A stretch of DNA of 64,000 nucleotides. Source: Heteronotia binoei. Its lineage: Eukaryota. The translations under genes and the position numbers were made by a program. The notes beneath the pieces were generated by a model, which did no database searches, was not told the DNA's origin, and saw only the letters and a list, made by a program, of their open reading frames with translations. The DNA lies in contig NC_083243.1 of assembly GCF_032191835.1 (NCBI RefSeq), forward strand, positions 50,840,001 to 50,904,000. The letters are read 5' to 3'. Positions 57,768 to 64,000 of the stretch are shown one piece after another (position 1 is the stretch's first letter; each line of letters starts with the position of its first letter).

Positions 57768-58671
57768 GATTTATCCCTGTTATCTTCTGCAGCCTAAACT
57801 CTAGTTGTTGTGAGTCCTTTATTAGGAAGCGGCATTTGCCAGGTCTCACAATAAATAGATAAACAAACACAGGTGAGCTGGCATAAATATGCCCACGGTT
57901 TGAGCTTGGACTCCTGACAACTGTTCCCCTCTGCAATTTCCTTTTCTGTGCAGAATCTCTAAAAAAGCCCTTTAGTCCCATAAAAGTCTTGCACAAAATC
58001 CCCAGGGCCCCTCTGCCCATGCCTACCATCTTTACCCTCCACCTGTGTGCCTCCCACCTGTAGGTCCTTCTCTTGCCCATTCACAAGCCCTCTCACCACC
58101 TGTATTCACAACCACCTCCAGCCCTTTCCCCCAGAGGCAATGGCTAGTGCATGCAGCTGTGAATGCCACCTCCATGACTTCCAAGAACATTGCTATTGCT
58201 GTGCACAATCCACACACGCTTCCTCTGCTGGTACTGGGCAGCAAATGCAGTCAGGAGCATGGATGGTGGAGTGCTTGCCAAGAGGGCAGGGGAAGGGCAT
58301 ATAGGCAGGTGACAAGGCAGGAACACAGGGGGTCAGCAGCCCACCCTGCCAGAAGCCCAGGGCCCCGGTAGCTGCTCCCCATCAGGGTATATAAATGCCA
58401 GTCCTGATCATAATGATTAATACAGGAGTATGAAAGTCAGGAGTAGCAGTAGTGCAGCATTGTCCTCCCCCCTCCCTCAAATAGGAGTGGGTGGGTGTCT
58501 GACTGTGGAACTGCAATGTGTAAGTTGAGGTTTGCTTTTTGAAAGCAGAAGATGTTGTGAAAGAGGCATCTGCACACAGATCAAAAGAGTATGCTGCAGT
58601 GTACGTGCAGGAGGAAGAAATACTCCCCCCCCCAATTCTAAAACATCCTCTTCTTTTATGTCCATTCAGTA

Positions 58672-58871
58672 TAGGGTTGCCAGATCCGGATTGGGAAATA
58701 CCTGGAGATATTGGGGGTGGAGCCTTAGAGAGGCAGAGTTTGGGGAATAATCCCATAGAATCCAATTCCAGAAGAAGCCATTTTCTCCAGGTGAACTGAT
58801 TTCTGTTTCCTGGAGATCAGTTGTAATAGTGGGAGATCTGCAACACAACCACCTGAAGGCTGACAACCCTA
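58672..58871. mobile_element. hAT MITE, TIR TAGGGTTGCCA, TSD ATTCAGTA
   Basis: Perfect 8-bp TSD at 58664-58671 and 58872-58879. Confidence 0.92.
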
Positions 58872-59409
58872 ATTCAGTACTCTAAACATCTCTGCTTAGA
58901 ATCAAAGGCAACCTTGTGAGAGGGTAAGAGTGTTGCATGGGCAACACACCACACCTGAAAATGAAGGCACAGAGAGAGCCAAGGCAGTAGAAACTACCTG
59001 CATAACAAAGGGAGGTAACTGTTCCTTCTCCCATGATATACCTCCAGACAGGGGCCAGCACCATACCAGTTTTCCTTCAAACCAATTTGCATGTACCACT
59101 TTAGTCTACTCAGTCTGAAAACTTGGAACAATGGATGCTAAGGCCTGCTTTAATAACTTTGAGGCTGAAGACAAACAATGTTTCTTTAGAGAGCTCTAAG
59201 TGATATGCAAATCCATATGGGAGGGGGGGGGGAATCCCTGCTCTTGGTAGGTACACACATCCTGCTTTTGATCCTGAAAAGCGACTTCAAAAGGTTTTTC
59301 ATTGCATTGTTTCAAAAACCTGAAAAACTTGTTCTATCAGTGGTAACAGTAAGTAAAAAGAAATATATCACATATACATTTTGGGAATAGGTGAGTAGCC
59401 GTGTTTGTA

Positions 59410-59507
59410 GAATCTGAAGGAGTAGTGACTCACAAAAGCTCAGATTTTGCCACAAATTTTGTTAGTCTTCAAGGTGCTACTGGACTTTTGCTCTTTTCTA
59501 TGGCTGC
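59410..59507 (+). mobile_element. Penelope-like terminal repeat with a decayed hammerhead motif
   Basis: ctgaaggagtagtgactcacaaaagctca...ccacaaattttgttagtcttcaaggtgctactggacttttgctcttttcta. Confidence 0.7.
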
Positions 59508-59860
59508 ATTTGGGAAGAGATGCCACTCAAACCATTTGAAAGTCTGAAAAGGCACTGTACTTTTTCAGCCTGTATCAGAATCGCCTTATTTCTACTTCTT
59601 ATGCATATTCACCAAACCATCCCTGATATATGCTTGGCTCATGATTTCCTAATGGTGGGTCAGCACATAGAAGCTTCCTGAGTGGATCTCAAGGGCTCTG
59701 GACTTCTTCCTTGCAAAAAAGAAATAAGGTTAGGCAAAGAGTGGATATCTCTTAAAAACGAGCAGGTCACAACAGAATTCCTTGGGTTTTCCCCAAAGCT
59801 TTGAAGTGCTGGATTCTGCAGCATAGAACTCCAAGATGGTCTGTAAAGTCATGGGGAAGG

Positions 59861-60069
59861 CAGGGTTGCCAACTTCAGGTGGGGTAATTCCTGAAGGTGA
59901 GGGGTAGAGCCTGGAAAGAGTGGGGTTTGGGGGTGTGGAGGCTCTTCAGCAGAGTCATAAAGTCCACCCTCTGAAGGAGCCATTGCCTTTAGGGAAACTG
60001 ATCTCTGTAGTCTAGGGACACTGTAATTCCAGGAGTTCTCCAGGCCCCATCTGGAAGCTGGCAACCCTA
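59861..60069. mobile_element. hAT-like MITE (58672 family)
   Basis: cagggttgccaac...gctggcaacccta; internal homology to 58672; TSD unclear. Confidence 0.8.
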
Positions 60070-61616
60070 GGAAGTACATGACATGTGAGGGACAGCAGAG
60101 TGTGATAAGTGCAGCTTGCCTGCCTTCTCCCTCCTCCCCTCTGTAAACAGCAAGGAAGTCACCATCTGGCACTATCAGATGCTGAATAATTCATCTCCTC
60201 TTTGTTAACCATGAGAGCAGTCCCTGACTGAGAGAGCCTCTGGCCAGTCAGCAAACAAAGACTGCTGGCAACCTGCATCCCCTGCCCTGTGTGATCTTCC
60301 CTGGAACTCCTTATTCAGCAGCATCTCCAGGATCAGCATTTGCCATATTTCTCCCTTGCACAGAAAGCCTCTATATTACACAGAAGTCCTCTTAAATGAT
60401 CTATACCATGCCTCCCCCCCCTCCAAGTGGCTTCAGAAAAAAAATAAACATAAAATAACTAGCAAATGAACAGGCAATATAATATATGCCCCAAATATCC
60501 CTGTTTAGCTGACACGGTCTCCATTATTGGACAGCTGTTCCAGATAAATCAATGTTCGTATATTGCTCAGGTTTTTTTGCTTTGGGGATATATGTTAAAA
60601 TCCCATCAGTGCTGAATCTCCCAATCTGCACTACATGGATTTGTGGCATCTTTTAACTTGCTTTGAAGTGAGCTGCTTGTCTCACCATCTCCCAAGGTAA
60701 TGTGGAGTCTCTCTGCCCTACAAACACTTAACTACTTACAATTGTCTTAGTAGAGAACAATGGTAGCCTGAATCAGATAGCGCTGGTCTTTTTGGAGGAT
60801 ACTGCTTGGCAGCAGTAATGACTGTTGCTATGCATACTGGTTAGGAACAAAAGACTTCAGAGAGAGAGTCGGCTCTGCCTTTGCTCAGTAGCCCAACACC
60901 GGCTTCCATGCAATTAGTAGGGCTTTTGAAATTTAAAAAATGGCTGCCCTAAATGTATATGAAACATTGTATATTGGCAAAAACAGTGCTTGGTTAATCT
61001 AGCCCACAGGCTATCAGAAGAGAAATAAAAGGTCAATGAAATGTGTTTGTTATAAAATATTCATCCACAAAAACCTGGGACTCTTTTTCCATGTTTAGAT
61101 TAAAAAAAAAAAAAACCTTAGTTATTAAATGCAAGTCAATAAGGTTACCTCTATGATAGCTGAGGTTCTGTCCCCAAAGGGGAAATCTTTTCTGTTATTC
61201 AAGTCTGTCTGCCTAATAAATTCTCATCATTATGAGAAAGGCTGGATGAAAGCAAAGTCAACAATTGCTCATAAAATATAATGTTATTCTTTAAAATGCT
61301 TAAAAAACAAGTATTTTCTTTAAAGACTAATATGACCAAATCAGAAGTTTTGCTATTCTGAGCTGAGGCAAAATTATATTTGATCTTCCGAATGCTATTA
61401 TTAAAATGAAATGTGCCATAGGTGGGTGCTTGTCTAAAAGCCACTTCAGAACTTGAGAAATCTTCCCAGTATCCTAATCAGCAAGTCATAACAAAATAAA
61501 TTACAGGAAATTTTTTTTAAAACCCCACATTGTTTTGTTCCCTTATATTCTTAGCTCTGTTACATCCCCATCTGTTATGAGACAACCACAATTATGATCT
61601 AATTTTGTGATAGAAC

Positions 61617-61777
61617 CAGGGGTGGAATTCTAGCAGGAGCTCCTTTGTATATTAGACCACACACCCCTGATGTAGCCAATCCTCCAAAAAAGAACCTTGT
61701 AAGCTCTTGGAGGATTGGCTACATCAGGGGCGTGTGGCCTAATATGCAAAGGAGCTCCTGCTAGAATTCCACCCCTG
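61617..61777. mobile_element. Palindromic hAT MITE, 161 bp, TSD GATAGAAC
   Basis: 71-bp arms with 3 mismatches and a 19-nt spacer; perfect TSD at 61609-61616 and 61778-61785. Confidence 0.95.
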
Positions 61778-62359
61778 GATAGAACAATGAAGACATTAAC
61801 ATAGGTGAGATCATTCATGGTTGGAAAGATGAAAAGAGCCATTTACTCAGCTTCCTTGTAAGAGGTCCTTGTTGCTTTTGTATTCCTGCCTATTTGTAAA
61901 CCCATTAAAGGTTTTCTCCACCTTCCAGTAGCATATGGCTATTAGGGTCTGGTAATATTAATCATCCTTTACTGGCCACAGCCACAACAAAAGAATGAAG
62001 CTCTCTGTTTGTATGACTTTGATGGCCAAGCCTGCAAGGTTACTGGCAACTTCCTGGGGAGGTGAAAAGAAAATATCTGCCAGAGATACTGACTCAGCAC
62101 CACAGTCAAGTCAATAACTTGCTCTGCCTGGGAAAAAGGCATCAATCAATACCACCACACTGAGCTCAGCATAGAATACTAAGAGTGAGGTCATGATGTG
62201 CGGTGATGGGGGGGGCAGGGAAGCATGGATAGTCGTGACCTCCTGCATGCCTTACTTCAATTCACCAAGGAAAGAACAAGACCACAGCTTGCCTGGACCA
62301 ATACCCTTTTAGATAACATTTTTTTAAAAAATGCATAGCAAGAAGTAGATATGCCAAAC

Positions 62360-62560
62360 ATGTGTGTGTGTGTGTTAAGTGCCATCAAGTCGCTTCCCAC
62401 TTATGGGAACCTTATGCATTAATGTCCTCCAAATGTCCCAACAGTAACAGCCTTGCTCAGGTTTTGCCAACTAAGGGCAGTGGCTTCCTTGATTTGAGTC
62501 CATCCATCTCATCTTGGGTCTTCCTCTTTTCCTGCTGCCTTCAGTTTTTCCTTGCATTAT
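62360..62560 (-). mobile_element. RTE (BovB-like) LINE 3' end
   Basis: The reverse strand reads atggactcaaatcaaggaagccact...ccataagtgggaagcgacttgatggcacttaacacacacac. Confidence 0.75.
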
Positions 62561-62613
62561 AACTGTCTATGCCAAACACACCTGTAAAAATACATAATCA
62601 CTAATAGCAAGAG

Positions 62614-62820
62614 AGCCTTTGCTTGGATAGCCCACTTTAGCCCTATCTTATCAGACATCAGAAGCTGAGCAGGTTTGGCCCTGCTCTGTGTTTGGAAGGG
62701 AGACCACCAAGGATGTCCAAGATTGTGATGTGGAGGTAGGCAATGGCAAACCACCTCTCAATGTCTCTTGAAACCCCTCGGGGTTGCCATAAGTCAGCTG
62801 TGACTTGATGGCAACAACAC
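62614..62820 (+). mobile_element. 5S-derived SINE with RTE tail
   Basis: cagaagctgagcagg...tttggaagggagaccacc...gggttgccataagtcagctgtgacttgatggca. Confidence 0.8.
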
Positions 62821-63964
62821 TATCAAAAAAATTAAATACCAGAGTAACAACTGGCTTTTGCAGTCCGTTCCCAATACCACATACCTTTTCATGCTCTGTT
62901 TGTGCTTACATGTATTTTCACAGAAAAGCCTTCCTTCAGAAAAGAGATATTAACCTTGGGTTGGAACCAACAGACATCTTCCAGGGAAAGATTTTTTTTT
63001 AACTCACTGCCATCTTCCTTTGTTTCTGAGGGTCTCCTGGCTGGAGCAGTGTTTCAGGGACTAAGTGGGTTGAACTGGGATGGGACAGAGGGAAGGTTAT
63101 GCTCTGCTAGCAGAAGCTTCAGACACCAGAGAAACATGACTTTTGGATCCAGCCCAGTATGTCTGCAACAATATTTCAATACCAACAGGTTCCTGTAGAG
63201 AGGATAGCATACCATCTGTGGTGTCCTCTTCATCTTTCCCTTTGCCCCTACCTTTATTTTAAATTATCAAACTTTTGCATCAATATAATTTAGCAACAAA
63301 GGGAATACCTCCTACCTCCAACTTCTTCCTCTTGGTTCCTAATTTTGCACTCTCCTTCACACTTCAGCCATTTCATGCATATATATCCAGCCTTACTGTC
63401 ACATAAATTCAAGGGGGCAAACCACAAAACCAACTAAATCAGCCAGCTTTTAGCAATTCATAAAAGAAATGCACATTGGAAATCTCACCTGGCTTAAAGG
63501 AGAACAGCAAGCCCGCCCATGAACAAGCATAATTACTGCAGGACAATAAGGTGCAGGCATCTTAGACCCAGAATGAGTTCCTGGAAGGCTGCTACATGAC
63601 ATCAATGATGTGAAGAAACACAGTGTGCAGAATAACGAAGGTGTGCTGGTACAGGAAAAGGGCATTAAGGGGCCCATTAAAGCAGCCTGGCAGGGTAAGG
63701 CTAGCCTTTGGAGTCAGCAAGCATTAAAAGGTTTCCAAGTGACAAAGAGGATTTTCCTGTAAAAACCTGATGTCCCAGCTCCTGCCCAGAGATTCATCAG
63801 GGAACAGAGCATTATGTAATGCTGGTGTGCTCCCCTCCCTTCACATGTGGAACATACCTGACGGCTCCCAGACGCAGGGACGGCTTTGAATCCAGTTCAG
63901 CTATGATGTCTCACTGAGCAAATAGGAATTCTAAATTAGCACTAAATCAAAGTTCAGAATCCCT

Positions 63965-64000
63965 GAAAAGAGCAAGAGTCCAGTTGTAACTTAAAGACTA
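63965..64000 (-). mobile_element. Penelope-like terminal fragment, runs off the window
   Basis: gaaaagagcaagagtccagttgtaacttaaagacta is the reverse complement of the 59410-59507 tail. Confidence 0.65.

Noticed and set aside
62614-62820. 5S rRNA genes (also 9260, 13128, 20553, 33278, 55162)
   Set aside because: Only the internal control region resembles 5S; each copy is diverged and carries an RTE tail.
53139-64000. TMEM63C promoter or CpG island; REST/RE1 site at 62093-62113
   Set aside because: No CpG-rich stretch is present. Only the left half of RE1 (CTCAGCACCAC) matches.

Overview
Vertebrate genomic DNA. The SINE/MITE content points to a squamate reptile, probably a gecko (inference). 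Two genes lie tail-to-tail, as in human 14q24.3. (1) The last two coding exons of neuroglobin (NGB) are on + (1354-1473, 2518-2664); exons 1-2 are upstream of the window. (2) The complete coding region of the OSCA/TMEM63 mechanosensitive channel TMEM63C is on -. I reconstructed it by hand as 22 GT-AG exons, 2493 nt, 830 aa (ATG 53093 to TGA 17073), with all splice phases consistent; the promoter is probably beyond 64000. The rest is intron or intergenic sequence rich in mobile elements: three SINE families with fragments of their partner LINEs (CORE/Squam3-like with L2, tRNA-Ala-like with CR1, 5S-derived with RTE), many hAT MITEs (seven with perfect 8-bp TSDs), and Penelope-like terminal fragments carrying decayed minimal hammerhead ribozyme motifs. 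Most ORFs in the six-frame track are spurious or TE-derived. Best leads: an in-frame, stop-free last intron of TMEM63C; non-conservative substitutions in conserved channel motifs, including a pore-region Asp-to-Gly; hammerhead relics; modular palindromic MITEs; candidate upstream exons and a uORF; and a long AG-exclusion zone before a frameshifting exon. I found no clearly new biological system. Comparisons with human proteins and repeat consensuses are from memory, not database searches. Repeat boundaries without a TSD are approximate.
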